Origin: the human T2T-CHM13v2.0 reference genome, Homo sapiens
Reading direction: 5' to 3' (one strand)
Assembly (NCBI RefSeq): GCF_009914755.1
Contig: NC_060938.1
Length of the DNA: 64,000 bases
This document shows, piece after piece, positions 29,778-49,262 of the stretch. The translations under genes and the position numbers were made by a program. The first letter of the stretch is position 1; every line of letters starts with the position of its first letter. A model generated the notes under the pieces. It was not told the origin of the DNA, made no database searches, and saw only the letters and a list, made by a program, of their open reading frames with translations.

Positions 29778-31261
29778 ACGAGAACGTCCCTAACCTAGCA
29801 AGACAGCCAACATTCAAATTCAGGAAATGCAGAGAACACCACAAAGATACTCCACAAGAAGAGCAATGCAAGACACATAATCATCAGTTTCACCAAGGTT
29901 GAAATGAAGGAAAAAATGTTAAGGGCAGCTAGAGAGAAAGGTCGGGTTACCCACAAAGGGAAGCCCATCAGACTAACAGCATATCTCTCTGCAGAAACCC
30001 TATAAGCCAGAAGAGAGTGGGGGCCAATATTCCAACATTCTTGAAGAAAAGAATTTTCAACCCAGAATTTCATATCCAGCCAAACTAAGCTTTGTAAGTG
30101 AAGGAGAAATAAAATCCTTTACAGACAACCAAATGCTGAGAGAGTTTGTCACCACCGGGCCTGCCTTACAAGAGCTTCTGAAGGAAGCACTAAATATGGA
30201 AAGGAACAACCGGTAGCAGCCACTGCAAAAACATACCAGATTGTAAAGACCATTGACCCTATGAAGAAACTGCATCGACTAACGGGCAAAATAACCAGCT
30301 AGCATCATAATGACAGGATCACATTCACACATAGCAATATTAACCTTAAATGTAAACGGGCTAAATTACCCAATTAAAAGACACAGACTGGCAATTTGGA
30401 TAAAGAGTCAAGACCCATTGATGTCCTATATTCAGGAGACCCGTCTCACCTGCAAAGACACATATAGGCTAAAAATAAAGGGATGGAGGAATATTTACCA
30501 AGCAAATGGAAAGCAAAAAAAAGCAGGGGTTGCAATCCTAGTCTCTGATAAAGCAGACTTTAAACCAACAAAGATCAAAAAGGACAAGGGCATTACATAA
30601 CGCTAAAGGGATCAATTAAACAAGAAGAGCTAACCTAAATATATATGCACCCAATACAGGAACACCCAGATTCATAAAGCAAGTTCTTAGAGACCTACAA
30701 AGAGACTTAGACTCCCACACAATAATAGTGGGAGACTTTAACACCCCACTGTCCATATTAGACAGATTAACGAAACAGAAAATTAACAAGGATATTCAGG
30801 ACTTGAACTCAGTTCTGAACCAAGCAGACCTAATAGACAGCTACAGAATTCTCCACCCCAAATCAACGAAATATACATTCTTCTCAGCACCGCATCACAC
30901 TTATTCTAAAATTGACCACGTAATTGGAAGTAAAACATTCCTCAGCAAATGCAAAAGAACGGAAATCATAAACAGTCACTCAGACTGCAGTGCAATCAAA
31001 TTAGAACTCAGGATTAAGAAACTCACTCAAAACTGCACAACTACATGAAAACTGAACAACCTGCTCCTGAATGACAACTGGGTAAATAACAAAATGAAGG
31101 CAGAAGTGAATAAGTTCTTTGAAACCAATGAGAATAAAGACACATCATACCAGAGTCTCTGGGACATAGCTAAAGCAGTGTTTAGAGGGAAATTTATAGC
31201 ACTAAATGCCCACAGGAGAAAGCAGGAAAGATCTAAAATTGACACCCTAATGTCACAACTA

Positions 31262-31528
<267 letters not shown>

Positions 31529-34500
31529 GATCCAGAGAAGCAAGAGCAAACAAATTCAAAAGCTAGCAGAAGACAAGAAATAACTAAGATCAGAGCAGAA
31601 CTGAAGGAGATAGAGATACGAAAAAACCTTCAAAAAATCAATGATTCCAGGAGCTGGTTTTCTGAAAAGATTAACAAAATAGACCACTAGCCAGACTAAT
31701 AAAGAAGAAAAGAAAGAGGAATCAAATAGACACAGTAAGAAATAATAAAGGGGATATCATCACCGATCCCATAGAAATACTGACTGCCATCAGAGAATAC
31801 TGCAAACACCTGTACACAAATAAACTAGAATATCCAGAAGAAATGGATAAATTCCTGGACACATACACCCTCCCAAGACTAAACCAGGAAGAAGTCAAAT
31901 CCCCGAGTAGACCAATAACAACTTCTGAAATTGAGGCAATAATTAATAGTCTACCAACCAAGAAAAGCCCAGGACCAGACGGATTCACAGCCAAACTTTA
32001 CCAGAGGTACAAAGAGGAGCTGGTACCATTCCTTCTGAAACTATTCCAATCAATAGAAAAAGAGGGATTCCTCCCTAACTCATTTTATGAGGCCAGCATC
32101 ATCCTGATACCAAAACCTGGCAGAGACACAACAAAAAAGGAAAATTTCAGACCAATATCCCTGATGAACATCAATGTGAAAATCCTCAATAAAATACTGG
32201 CAAACCAAATCCAGCAGCACATCAAAAAGCTTATCCACCACAATCAACTGGGCTTCATCCCTGGAATGCAAGGCTGGTTCAACATATGCAAATCAATAAA
32301 CATAATTCATCACATAAACAGAACCAATGACCAAAACCACATAATTATCTCAATAGATGCAGAAAAGGTCTTTGATAAAATTCAACACCCCTTCAAGCTA
32401 AAGATTCTCAATAAACTAGGTATTGTTGGAATACTTCTCAAAACAGTAAGAGCTATTTATGACAAACCCACAGCCAATATCATACTGATTGGGCAAAAGC
32501 TGGAAGCACTTCCTTTGAAACTGGCACAAGACAAGGATGTCCTTTCTCTCCCCTCCTATTCAACATAGTATTGGAAGTTCTGGCCAGGACAATCAGCCAA
32601 GATAGAAAAATAAAGGACATTCAAATAGGAAGAGAGGAAGCCAAATTGTATATGTTTGCAGATGACATGATTGTATACTTAGAAAACCCCATTGTCTCAG
32701 CCCAAAATCTCCTTAAGCTGACAAGCAACTTCAGCAAAGTCTCAGGATACAAAATCAATGTGCAAAAATCACAAGCATTCCTATACACCAATAATAGAGA
32801 ACTCCCATGTATAATTGCTACAAAGAGAATAAAATACCTAGGAATACAACCTACAAGGGATGTGAAGGACCTCTTCAAGGAGAACTACAAACCACTGCTC
32901 AAGGAAATAAGAGAGGATGCAAACAAATGGAAAAACATTGCATGCTCATGGATAGAAGAATCAATGTCGTGAAAATGGCCATACTGCCCAAAGCAATATC
33001 TAGATTAAGTGCTATCCCCATCAAGCTACCATTGACTTTCTTCACAGAATTAGAACAAACTATTTTAAATTTCATATGGAACCAAAAAAGAGCCCATATA
33101 GCCAAGACAATCCTAAGCAAAAAGAACACAGCTGGAGGCATCATGCTACCTGACTTCAAACTATACTACAAGGCTACAGTAACCAAAACAGCATGGTACT
33201 TATACCAAAACAGATATATAGACCAATGGAACAGAACAGAGACATCAGAAATAACAACACATGTCTACAACCATCTGATCTTTGACAAACCTGATGAAAG
33301 CAAGCAATGGGGAAAGGATTCCCTATTTAATAAATGGTGTTGGGAAAACTGGCTAGCCATATGCAGAACACTGAAACTGGACCCCTTCCTTACACCTTAT
33401 ACAAAAATTAACTCACGATGGATTGAAGACTTAAACGTAAGACCTAAAACCATAAAAACCCAAGAAGAAAACCTAGGCAATACCATTCAGGACATAGGGA
33501 TGGGCAAAGACTTTATGACCAAAACACCAAAAGCAATGGCAACAAAAGCCAAAGTTGACAAATGGGATCTAATTAAACTAAAGAACTTCTGCACAGCAAA
33601 AGGAACTATCATCAGAGTGAACAGGCAACCTACAGAATCGGAGGAAATTGTTGCAATCTATCCATCTGACAAAGGGCTAATATCCAGAATTTACAAGGAA
33701 CTTATACAAATTTATAAGAAAAAAGCAACCCCATCAAAACATGGGCAAAGGATATGAACAGACACTTCTCAAAAGAAGACATTTATGTGGCCACAAACAT
33801 ATGAAAAAAAGCTCATCATCACTGGTCATTAGAGAAATGCAAATCAAAACCACAATGAGATACCATCTCATGCCAGTTAGAATGGCAATCATTAAAAAGT
33901 CAGGAAACAACAGATGCTGGAGAGCATGTGGAGAAATAGGAACACTTTTACACTGTTGGTGGGAGTGTAAATTAGTTCAACCATTGTGGAAGAACAGTGT
34001 GGCGATTCCTCAAGGATCTAGACCAGTAATACCATTTGACCTAGCAATCCCATTACTAGATATATACCCAAAGGATTATTAGTCATTCTACTATAAAGAC
34101 ACATGCACACATATGTTTATTGTGGCACTGTTCACATTAGCAAAGACTTGGAACCAACCCAAATGCCCATCAATGATAGACTGGATAAAGAAAATGTGGC
34201 ACATATACACCATGAAATACTATGCAGCCATAAAAAAGGATGAGTTCATGTCCTTTGCAGGGACATGGATGAAGCTGGAAACCATCATTCTCAGCAGACT
34301 AACACAGGAATGAAAACCAAACACTGCACATTCTCATAGGTGGGAGTTGAACAATGAGAACACATGGATACAGGGCGGGGAACATCACACACCGGGGCCT
34401 GTCGGTAGGTGGGGAGCTAGCAGAGGGGTAGCATTAGGAGAGATACCTAATGTAGATGACAGGTTGATGGGTGCAGCAAACCACCATGGCACATGTATAC

Positions 34501-35071
34501 TTATGTAACAAACTTGCACGTTCTGCACGTGTATCCCAGAACTGAAAGTATAATTTACAAAAAAATCCAGATTAAAGCAAGCGACATTTCTTCTTTCTTC
34601 CGTGGGATATTCTGTTGCTCCTTCTGATACATTCTGCTCCTTTTTCCCCCACCATTATTAGATCTATTTCCTCTGGTGAATCTGGTGCTGCCTCTGTCTT
34701 TACAAAAAGCAATTCTGCTGTCTTCCTAGCTCAAAAAGCATGAATGGTTTTATGAAAAATCAGTAATATACAATGGGGGAAGTAGTGTTGGAAAACTTTT
34801 TAAAGGACAGCATAGTTTCAGCACAAATGCAGTTTAAATCAGTTTTCTAGGGAGTCTAAATCTATATTGTATGAGACTCTTGGTTCAGGAATAAATTCAA
34901 TATATTCCTTAAACTTAAAAAACTAAATTATCTTCAATGAAATATTTATAGTAAACTAATGAACAGTTCATAGTAATTAGTTATATTTTACAGAGATTTT
35001 TAGTAACAAAAGCTCACAAATTTTTCTTCTCACCCATAAATTTAATACTTCACTCCTGAAAATTTTAGTTA

Positions 35072-35262
<191 letters not shown>

Positions 35263-35714
35263 AATACTTTTAGTTAAGTCGGGCATGTAAAGTTACCTAA
35301 CAATCTGAAAAACAACACAAAGTGGAGATGTTAAACTGCTCAGTTATTACATTTTACTGAACAGATCCTTTGATTTCTTAATACATTTTCTTGGGCATGT
35401 TAATTCTGCAGATCTTGAACAACTAATAACTAGTTGCTGTGACATATAGGTGGAACATTAATAAAGCAGTATTTGTCACCTTAGAAGATTTATGAATTGG
35501 GAGAATTAAGCTATACCATCTAAAGATCCAAATGTACAAATATATCAAAGAAAACCAGGATCCCTATGAGCCTTGAATTAGGAGTCAGGACATCTGGGTT
35601 GATCCTATTCAATTTCCCGTGTGTGTTCCAGGACAGTCTACTTTAATCTCTAAAGCTCAACTTTGTTATCCATAAAACTAAGTTACTGAACTAAATTTCT
35701 AAGGTTTCTCTTAG

Positions 35715-36015
35715 TCCAGGAGACTTCAGGGACAACCTCCCAGTTATCTTCTCCTAGTGGAGTCTTACAGATAGAGCTTAGTCTCTCACTAAGAAGTTCA
35801 CATGAGCTGTGTTGTTCGGGGTTTTTACTGGGGGTTGGTCATATAGGCATGGAGCATCCACATGGCTGACTTTACTCAGTCCCCAGCCTCTCCAGAAGTC
35901 AAACTGATACTATGTGGCCCAAGGCTGCACCGTAACTCACATTGTTAGCATAAACTATTTGGAATGGCCCAAGGCCCCAGATAAAGAAAGACACTCTTAT
36001 CAGGCAGACTATTCT
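35715..36015. mobile_element. MER21-like LTR fragment
   Basis: Resemblance to MER21 motifs; similar to 39405-39930. Confidence 0.5.
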
Positions 36016-36017
36016 AC

Positions 36018-37957
<1,940 letters not shown>

Positions 37958-38505
37958 TTATTCTTTGATTCCAGTGTTCTGAAATTTCATAGTGATGTAT
38001 CTTCAAATGGGTCTGTTTTCTATCCATTTTGCCGGATATTCAACAAGCCCCTTCAACTTACTAACATGTATTTTTTAGTTTAGGGAGACATTCTCGTATT
38101 TTTAACTTGATTTTCTCCGCTTCTTTATTTGTTTCTCTTTCTGGAGCTCTTAATGTTTGGATGTTAGACCTTTTAAATGAATCTTTTTCTTTTCTTTCCT
38201 ATTTTGCATCTGTCTTCTTTCTCTGCTTTTTGGGGGAGTTTCCCAATTTCCAGCCTGTCTTTTGACTTTTTAAAATTTCTACTAGCATTTGTAATTCCCT
38301 TCCATAAGCTCCTTTTTATTCTCTGAATTTTTTATTAACATCATGTTTTTGTTCATGAGCTCCATATCTACTCTCTCTAAGTTTATTAAGGATAGTTTTC
38401 CTGTTTTAGTTTTTAAATCTGTATTTTTTTTGCATTGATCTCTTTTATTAAAGACTTTTGAGCTATCTGGTTATCCTTGGCTCTCTGCTAATAATTAAGA
38501 GTGGA

Positions 38506-38828
<323 letters not shown>

Positions 38829-39404
38829 TTATGGGTGAGATATGTACGCTCTGAGCTTTGCTGTAGGGTGATCTGGCTGAACTATTTGTTACAGAACCCC
38901 CGTTGCTAGTATGTTTAGATCTTTCTTCTTGGGCTGCTAAGATTCCTCAGAGAAAAAAAAATATTCTAATCTTTCAAAGAGTAAAGGTCTATTCCAGCAT
39001 TTTGAGAACCTAGTCAGGGAAGAGGGTTGGGGTGGGGGAGAATCTTTATGCTTGGTGTATACCAGTCATCTCCATTCTCAGTGTGGTGCTAAACTATCAA
39101 CTGTGCCTGGCATTTAACTTTCATGCTTTAGACCAAAGGCTTTTTGGTGGCCTCTCCAGAGAATAAATACCCAGATATCTGCCAGGATGAAGAAGAGGCA
39201 TTTGCCCAGGGTATGGACTAGGGAAAGAGAGATTTAACTGCTCTTAAACAGCTTTTATCTACCCGTTTTAGCCACCCCCACTTCTCAGTTCTCTCTGATT
39301 GGTACCTGATTCTCCTGGTACCTTTTGAAGATTCTGAAATCACGTTGTTCTCAACCCTTCTCACTACTAGCTTGGGATTCATCTTTCTTGGGTAATCATA
39401 CATT

Positions 39405-39935
39405 GTGTTGGGTGTCCCTAAGGCCACCTTCAGCCTTGATGATTTGCTAGGACTCACAATTGTTAAACTCATGGTTACAGTTTATTACAGTGAAAGGACG
39501 TGGAGTCAAATCAGAGGGAAAAGATACATAAAGCCTGGAATAAACCAGACACACACTTCCAAGAGTCCTCTCCCAGTGGAGTTACACAGGATGTGCTTAA
39601 TTCATTCAGCAATGAGGTGTAACAACACATGTGAGATGGTGTCTACCACAGAAGATCATTAGAAACTCAGTGCCCAAGATTTTTTTTATTGCGAGCTGGC
39701 CGTGTAGGTACCCTCTACCTAACAAATACCAAATATCAAGATTCCAAGAAAGAAAACAGGTATTCAGTATAAACTATATTATTTGCACAAATGCTTTAGG
39801 TAAAGTGAAGCACAGCTCATCATTTAAGGAATGGTGGGAATCCTCCTGAAAGCCAGATTTCCAAATGCCAGCCACAGGCCAACTTTATAAGCAGTCTTTC
39901 TAAGGATAGCAGTCTTGAGCCTGCCATGTTAACCT
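39405..39935. mobile_element. MER21-like LTR
   Basis: 'cctctcccagtggagttacacaggatgtgcttaattc' and 'gccacaggccaactttataagcag' resemble MER21. Confidence 0.55.
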
Positions 39936-40222
39936 TTTTCTGCACGTACACCCATCTGCTTTCTAGCTTCCAACATTCATTATTGCAGTCTTTCCTATTC
40001 TACTCAGATTTATGGGTTTATGCCTTTCATGAAAATTCCTTTACTGTTGTTTTAGTAGAATTTCAAGTTGGAACAAAATTAGATATGGATATTCGATATT
40101 TATTTGAATCATCAAAATTCATTTGATTGTAAATTAAACCATCCCAATTTGTATAATATCATTTTTAAGCAGCTTAGAAGAAATCAGACTAAGCAGAGAG
40201 AAGAGACTAAAAGAAAAAAAAA

Positions 40223-40515
40223 TTTTTTTTTTGAGACAGAGTCTCACCCTGTAGCCCAAGCTGGAGTTCGGTGGCACGATCTCGGCTCACTGCAATCTTC
40301 GCCTCTGGGCCCAAGCAGTTCTCCTGCCTCAGCCTCCCAAGTAGCTGGGACTGGAGGTGTGCACCACCACACCCAGTTAATTTTTTTGTATTTTTAGTAG
40401 AGATAGGGTTTCACCATGTTGCCCTGGGTGGTCTCGAACTTCTGAGCTCAGGCGATCCACCCACCTCGGCCTCCCAAAGTGCTGGGATTACAGGCGTGAG
40501 CCAACACTCCTGGCC
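40223..40515 (-). mobile_element. Alu
   Basis: Reverse dimeric Alu. Confidence 0.93.
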
Positions 40516-40606
40516 AATGAATAATTTTTTTAAGCATTAGGGTATTAAGACCCTAAGAGAGATGCAAGAAGATATTGAATCCTAGAAACAAGAATAGGCT
40601 GCTGTA

Positions 40607-41061
<455 letters not shown>

Positions 41062-41095
41062 TTAACCATATGATAGACATAGAAGGTGAACATCT

Positions 41096-41421
<326 letters not shown>

Positions 41422-41845
41422 TTATTCAATTTATGGCTAAAGTAGCTAAATGCTTCATATTTTATTTGCAGGCAATAACAATGGTAAGCTTGGGAATGGT
41501 GCGCTACTCTCTATAGGAACTTAAGCAATTGATATGGAAATTGGATAACTGCTTCTGTGAAAATCATCTACTTAATTGGATATGTATGCCTAACTCTTCA
41601 CCATGGAAAAGAGATTATGTTTACCACAATTCATTTTTGCATCAATTTCAAATTTTATATTAGATATGCTCTCCAGTAAAGTTTCTATTTTAGATCAACA
41701 AAAGAGGGAAAATTAAATTGACAAAAATGAATTCCATAGAAAAGCATTTGTTCTATAAGTATTTCAGTACCTACTATCTTCAAAGCAACATGGTCTACAT
41801 GTCATGGGTGAAAATAAACGATACACAGCTCCAGTGTAACCCTCT

Positions 41846-42212
41846 TGTCTTAGTCTGCTTAGTCTTCAGGCTGTTGTAATAAAATATCATAAACTGGGTA
41901 GTTTATAAGAAAACAAATTTATTTCTCACCATTCTGGAGGCTGGAAAGTTTCAGACCAAGGTGCCAGTAGATCCAGTGTCTGATAAGGATCCACTTTCTG
42001 GTTCATAGACAGTGCCTTCCCACTATGTCCTCACATGTTGTAAGAGGTGAGGAATCTATGGGATCTCTCTTATAAGGATACTAATCTCATTAATGAGGGC
42101 TGCATCCTCATGACCTAGCAGGTCCCAAAGGCCCCACCTCCTAATACTAATCACATTGGGGGTTAGTATTTCAACATGAATTTGCAGGGGACATAAACAT
42201 TTCATATCATTG
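41846..42212 (-). mobile_element. MaLR LTR (MST/MLT1A-like)
   Basis: 'tgtcttagtc...tttatttctcaccattctggaggctgg...tttcaacatgaattt' pattern. Confidence 0.75.
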
Positions 42213-42315
42213 CACATTCCTCAAGTCTTGGGATACTTGTATTAATATTACATTAGGTGACAGTCACAAACAATATATTTGCAATACTCTCATCTTTCCT
42301 TTATTTGAAGCACTA

Positions 42316-42682
<367 letters not shown>

Positions 42683-44044
42683 TCAAATCACTTGTATATG
42701 AGTTGAATATTACAAAATAAAATTGAGTATGCTAGTAATAACATTATTTTAAATCTTCAATAATTCAAATATCCTAAAATAATATTTTCTAAATAAGGAT
42801 CTGCTAGTCTGTATATGGGATAAAAGTAGATTATGTGATATAAAATATTTGACAGCCATTAACCCTTAAAATTCTTTATACTTTCATAGAAAGAATAATA
42901 TTCTTTTATAAATGGCCCATTTATCCAGTTTTTTCTGGTATTAAGAAAGAGCTGGAAAGATACAGCCCATCTGACTTAAATTGACATCAGTAAGTCATTT
43001 AGATACATTATTTACCATTCTGAACTTAAAAAAAATCTACATAAAGCATGTGTTTATTGTTTCATGAATTATTTCAGTATCTTAACAAATGATATATAAT
43101 TGCTTGATATTTTTTCATATTACTAATTTTTAACTCATGATCATGTCCTGTTAGCTATATTCTATAATATACTTGGAATCTATTAATAGCAGATAATTGT
43201 GTTTAAGCCTACTATAATCCAAATGTGATTTAAGCACCTGGTTATGCTTCTATAATGCATTGGAACATGTTCTGCAAATCTGGGATGGTAGCTGACCTTT
43301 ATTTTTTTTCTCATCCAGCTCAACTCCCTGTCACACCCATTATCCCAAGACCTGTAATTTTATGGATTATCCCTCTCACCCTGTACCGATTCTTTTCTTC
43401 ACATGATCCTTTTAAATGCCTTCACTGAAATCTAGCTCTTCTCAGATGACATCTCATGTCTTTTGTGGGAAAAATGATCAGCCTATTTTATACTTCCCAA
43501 TACTACTTACTAATATTATACCATCATCATCTCTGAAATCTGTGCCATCTGATTAGATCATCATTGGCTGTAATAATAACTTCCACCTTCCTGGATGAAT
43601 CAGCACTTTCTTCCTTCTTCCCTGGTTTCCTGTGATATATGATCTTTCTCAAAACCCTTATTGATAACCCATCTAATGTCTCAATTCAGTGGTTTCTTAG
43701 AGCTCTAAAACCCTTCATTTCTATTTGAGCCACCCAGTAGCATGACCACACCTTGGATCAGCTCTTAAAAACTGAGCTATTCTTTCTGACCAATGTCTTC
43801 TCTTTTCCCTTATATATATTCAGTTTATTCTTTTATCTGTTTTTTACCCTCATCCTGACTTTTAGTCACTTTATCTCTTCTGTTCTCCCCACTCCATTCT
43901 AGTATTCCTCATCCCTTGACTTTTTGCCGTGCCAAACCTGTTCATTCACCAGAGTGAGTTCTTCCTCTACAATAGTGCCCACATTTTCCAATTCTAAATT
44001 ACTACATGAAAAAATGCATCCTGGTTATTTGAACTTTTTATAAT

Positions 44045-44478
44045 GTGTCAACCTAAAATAACAGAGATTGTCCAAAGACAATAAGTTTATTCAGGAATGA
44101 GAATGATTATAATCCAGGTTATATGTGCTAAGCTGGATCATGGGCATATTTGGGGAGGTTGAGGCAAGGGGAAACTTTTAAAGGCAAAATTCTAAAGGTT
44201 GCATAGTTGTTTTGAAATGGTTACCCCTCGTCACAAGGATTAATAACAAGGGCGGTGTCATTCCAAGGCTGAACAGGCAGTTGCTGGATAGATGTCCTCA
44301 CAGAAGTATTCTTCGTGTAAGGTTACGGTGACTTTTGTGCATGTTTGTGGTCTTCAGAGAATCCTTGTAATCATTTTTATTATAGAAATGTGTATAAGAC
44401 TCCTCCTTTTTGGCCTCCTGACTCCCTTTTGTTAAGATTTGGCATAAGTGACTCCACTTTGATTCTGACAACTTTCAC
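44045..44478 (-). mobile_element. ERV1-class LTR (MER4-group-like) abutting an AluJ
   Basis: TG...CA ends ('ctgacaactttcaca'); minus-strand AATAAA near 44087. Confidence 0.55.
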
Positions 44479-44745
44479 AGGATCTCGCCCTGTTGCCCAG
44501 GCTGGAGTGCAGTAGCGCAATCATAACTCACTGCAGCCTCAAACTCCTGGGCTGAAGCCATCCTCTGCCTCAGCCTCCCAAGTAGCTAGGACGATAGGTG
44601 TGGTTATAGTCCTGATTGATTGATTGCAGAGACAGAGCCTTGCTATGCTGACCAGATTGGTCTCAAACTACTGGCCCCAAGCAATCCTCTTACCTCAGCC
44701 TCCCAAAGTGCTGGGATTTCAGGCATGAGCCACTGGATCTGGCCC
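44479..44745 (-). mobile_element. Alu (AluJ-like), tail displaced by the LTR
   Basis: Reverse Alu. Confidence 0.88.
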
Positions 44746-45364
44746 ATTTTTTTTTCTGTTAAATTGTTTCCATTTTAAAATCAGAAAACCTTGCTAATTA
44801 TATCCACTATCAACTGCTCAACTTTAACTGGACCTTGCTGTTTCTCAATATATTCTTTTATAACCTTTCTATTCATGTGTTCCAAATGTTTTTCATATTC
44901 CAGTGCTTAAATCTAACATCTTTCACAAGAAGTGACCTTGCCACCTACTTTCCTAGAAAAAAATAGAATCCATCTGCCAAATTCTCTTATCCTTCTCGAT
45001 ATCAAAATATCAGAATCCATACTATATCCACATTTTTTATTATAACAAAGAGCTGGTTTGTAAATTATTTTAAATTTTCTGTGCAGACCTCCAAGTTTTT
45101 CTTTAATTTTCTTTTCTTCTCTCTTGACTCAAAAGTGTCTTCCTTTTCAGGACTAACATGCCTCTTCTGTCTAGAGCCTTCCTAACAATTAAACTAACTC
45201 TCTCTTGCTCTCGCTCTCACTTGCTCTCTCTCTCGCTCTGTCTCTCACTGTCTCTCCACTCTCCATCTTCTACTTCGCCCTCTATTTAGTCAATTTCTGA
45301 CCAACAGATTGCTGAATCTTCAACCACGAAGAGTCTTTTACCCTACTTTAAATTTAACAGATTA

Positions 45365-45788
<424 letters not shown>

Positions 45789-47226
45789 TCAAAGCCCCCA
45801 AATTCATAGGGCAGCACTGTGAGAGGATGTTACCTGCGCATGCAGTGGGGAATGCTACAGGAGAGAAAACCCTGAAATAAAAACAGAGACAGAGATAGAC
45901 ATTTATTCTAGAGTGTAAGCAAATCTTCACCAGGGAGAGAGAGGGAGAGTTTACTATCCTGGAATGTCCTCAGGGAGGACAGCGTTCTCTACCTTTATTA
46001 TACCAGTCAGGAATATTCCTTCTGACCTTAAAGTAAACACTATCTCTTGCATTCAGGGATGTTTGTCATGCAAACCCCTTTGCTCAGAAGATCCAGACCA
46101 TGCAAAAACATGAGACATTCATAGAGAATTCTCTTCCAACACAGATTTTCCCAGGTTTCTGTTAGCTTCAGATATCTCTCAGTCTGTACTCACTGCTTCT
46201 GTTGTCTTACTTCCTATCAACTCCTTGCACTTCTGCTCTGTCAATCTGAAAACTATTCTCTGCAAGGTACCAGTGACATACCAGTCACTCAATTAAATGG
46301 TCTTTTCTTAATCATTTCTGACGTTTTGCAGAATTTTAACAACGGCTCTACTTTCTTGCTTTTAACTCTAAACTACTCTGCTGTTTTCTATGACTAGTCT
46401 GATTCTTATGTTTCTCTCCTCTGCCCATCTCCCTTTTCTTTACTCTTGTGCTTTCTAATTGTGACTATTAAATGTGAACATATCACAGGTTGACTCTCAT
46501 TCTACACTTTTTCCCTTAAGTGTATTCTACTGAGTTTCAGCTGTCACCTCTATAGGTGACTGTAATTTCCTTCTTGCATTCCAAAACTCACCTATTATCT
46601 TTATTTCTGCCTAGAAGTAATACATTTTAAATATAACAATACATTTCGTGACCTGGCTTTTAAGTTTTTTGTCAGTGGTGCCCTCATTCTATCAATTGTT
46701 TAGATTCAAAACCTGAGAATATAGTTTAGTCAGCTCAAGTTCAACAGTCTTTTAACTGGAATTCTTTGCCCCACCGTAATGCATTTTCTACACTGTCACT
46801 TAAGAAATCATTCAAACGTAGAATCATATTACAGAGTTTATAGCCAGCCCAATTCTTCAGCATTTTATACAAAGCCTCCATGATTTGATGACTGCTTGCC
46901 TCCAGCTTCAACTTCTGCTGTTTCCCACACTATCCCACACACCACCACCACACGAAAACACTTTCTTTGACCTTAATTCACTGCTCATTTATTCAAACAC
47001 TGTCTGAAAACCTACTGTGAACTAGGCATTATGGTAGGTATTGGGCTCTATATCTGAGTAAGTTATGGTCTTTCTTAAGAGAGAAATAAATATGTAAATA
47101 AATGATATAGATTATGATTAATAATGCAAGGATAAAAAGAGTTTTCTCTCTCCCTGAGACACTTAACCTAACAATATAAAGAATGACATTCTAGTAATGT
47201 CTGGAAGGATGAGTTGGAATTTGTTA

Positions 47227-47637
<411 letters not shown>

Positions 47638-47982
47638 TCAGAATAACTAAACCGTAAGTTTGAAGGTAGGCCTAAAAGGATACAAGGATGGGAAGGTGGA
47701 GCTAGGCAATAAAAAACCTTTTATGTATTAAAGGAGTGTGGACATTTTTCTGGAATAGTGTGATCAGATGTACTTTTTTAAAAGAAGTTCCTCCATCATA
47801 ATAATTTATTCAGGTAAGAATCATTGGTAGATATTATGAACTAGTCAAGGAAATTTGAAGAGTAAAAGATATTTACATCATCTCTAAATATTGCTGTATG
47901 TGATACTCTTTAAATACAATGGGAAAACAGTAACTAAATGGTGGAAAAGCACTATAAATACCACTTTAACCAGTTGATTAAA

Positions 47983-48348
<366 letters not shown>

Positions 48349-48774
48349 TAATGCATTGAAGAGAATGCAACATCATCACTTCTGTGGTAATCCTACCAAA
48401 ATGCATATCCAAAATCTAATCATAAGGAAACACTATAAGATCACTGGTCTCTATATTCTTCAAAATTGTGAATATCATGAAAGACAAAGGAAAGAAGTGA
48501 AGATTAAAAGAGACTAAATACACATGAAATATGTACCTAATGCATAATCCTGGATTTTTTTTCATAAAATACTTTATTGGAATGATTGGAAAAATATGAA
48601 TAAGGTCTGAAAATTACATGATAGTATACATATTCAGTTTTATGATTTTTGTAATTATACTGTGGTTACATAGGAGAATTTTCATCTTTAAAGAAGTATA
48701 CATTGAAGTACTTAGGGCAAAGTAGTGTCAAACAACTTTCTCTCAAATGATTTTTTGAAAATCATATATAGAAC

Positions 48775-49262
48775 ATTGATGTTCATAGCGGCAGCATTCA
48801 CAATAGCCAAAAGGTAGAGGCTACCTAAGTGTCCATTGATTGATGAATGGATAAGCAAAATGTGGTACACACATGCAATGGAATATTATTCAGCCTTAGA
48901 AAGAAAGGACATTCTGACACATGCTACAGTGTAAATAAACCTTGAAGACATTATGCTAAATGAAAGTCACAAAAGGACAAATATTGTATGAATCTACTTA
49001 TATGAGGTACATATAGTAGTTAAATTCATAAGGACAGAAAGTAGAGAGATGGCTGCCAGAGCCTGGAGGAGGAGGGAATGGGGAGTTGTTGTTTAATGAA
49101 TGGGTATAGAGTTTCAGTTTGGGAAGATGAAAAGATTCAGGAGATGGATAAAGGTGATGGTTGCACAACATTGTGAATGTACTTAATGCCACTGAACCAT
49201 ACACTAAAAAATGGTTAAATTTTATGTTCTATCTATGTTACCACAATTTTTAAAAATTAAAT
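48775..49262 (+). mobile_element. L1MB-like 3' end
   Basis: 'gatgaatggataagcaaaatgtggtac...gtgaatgtacttaatgccactgaac'. Confidence 0.8.
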
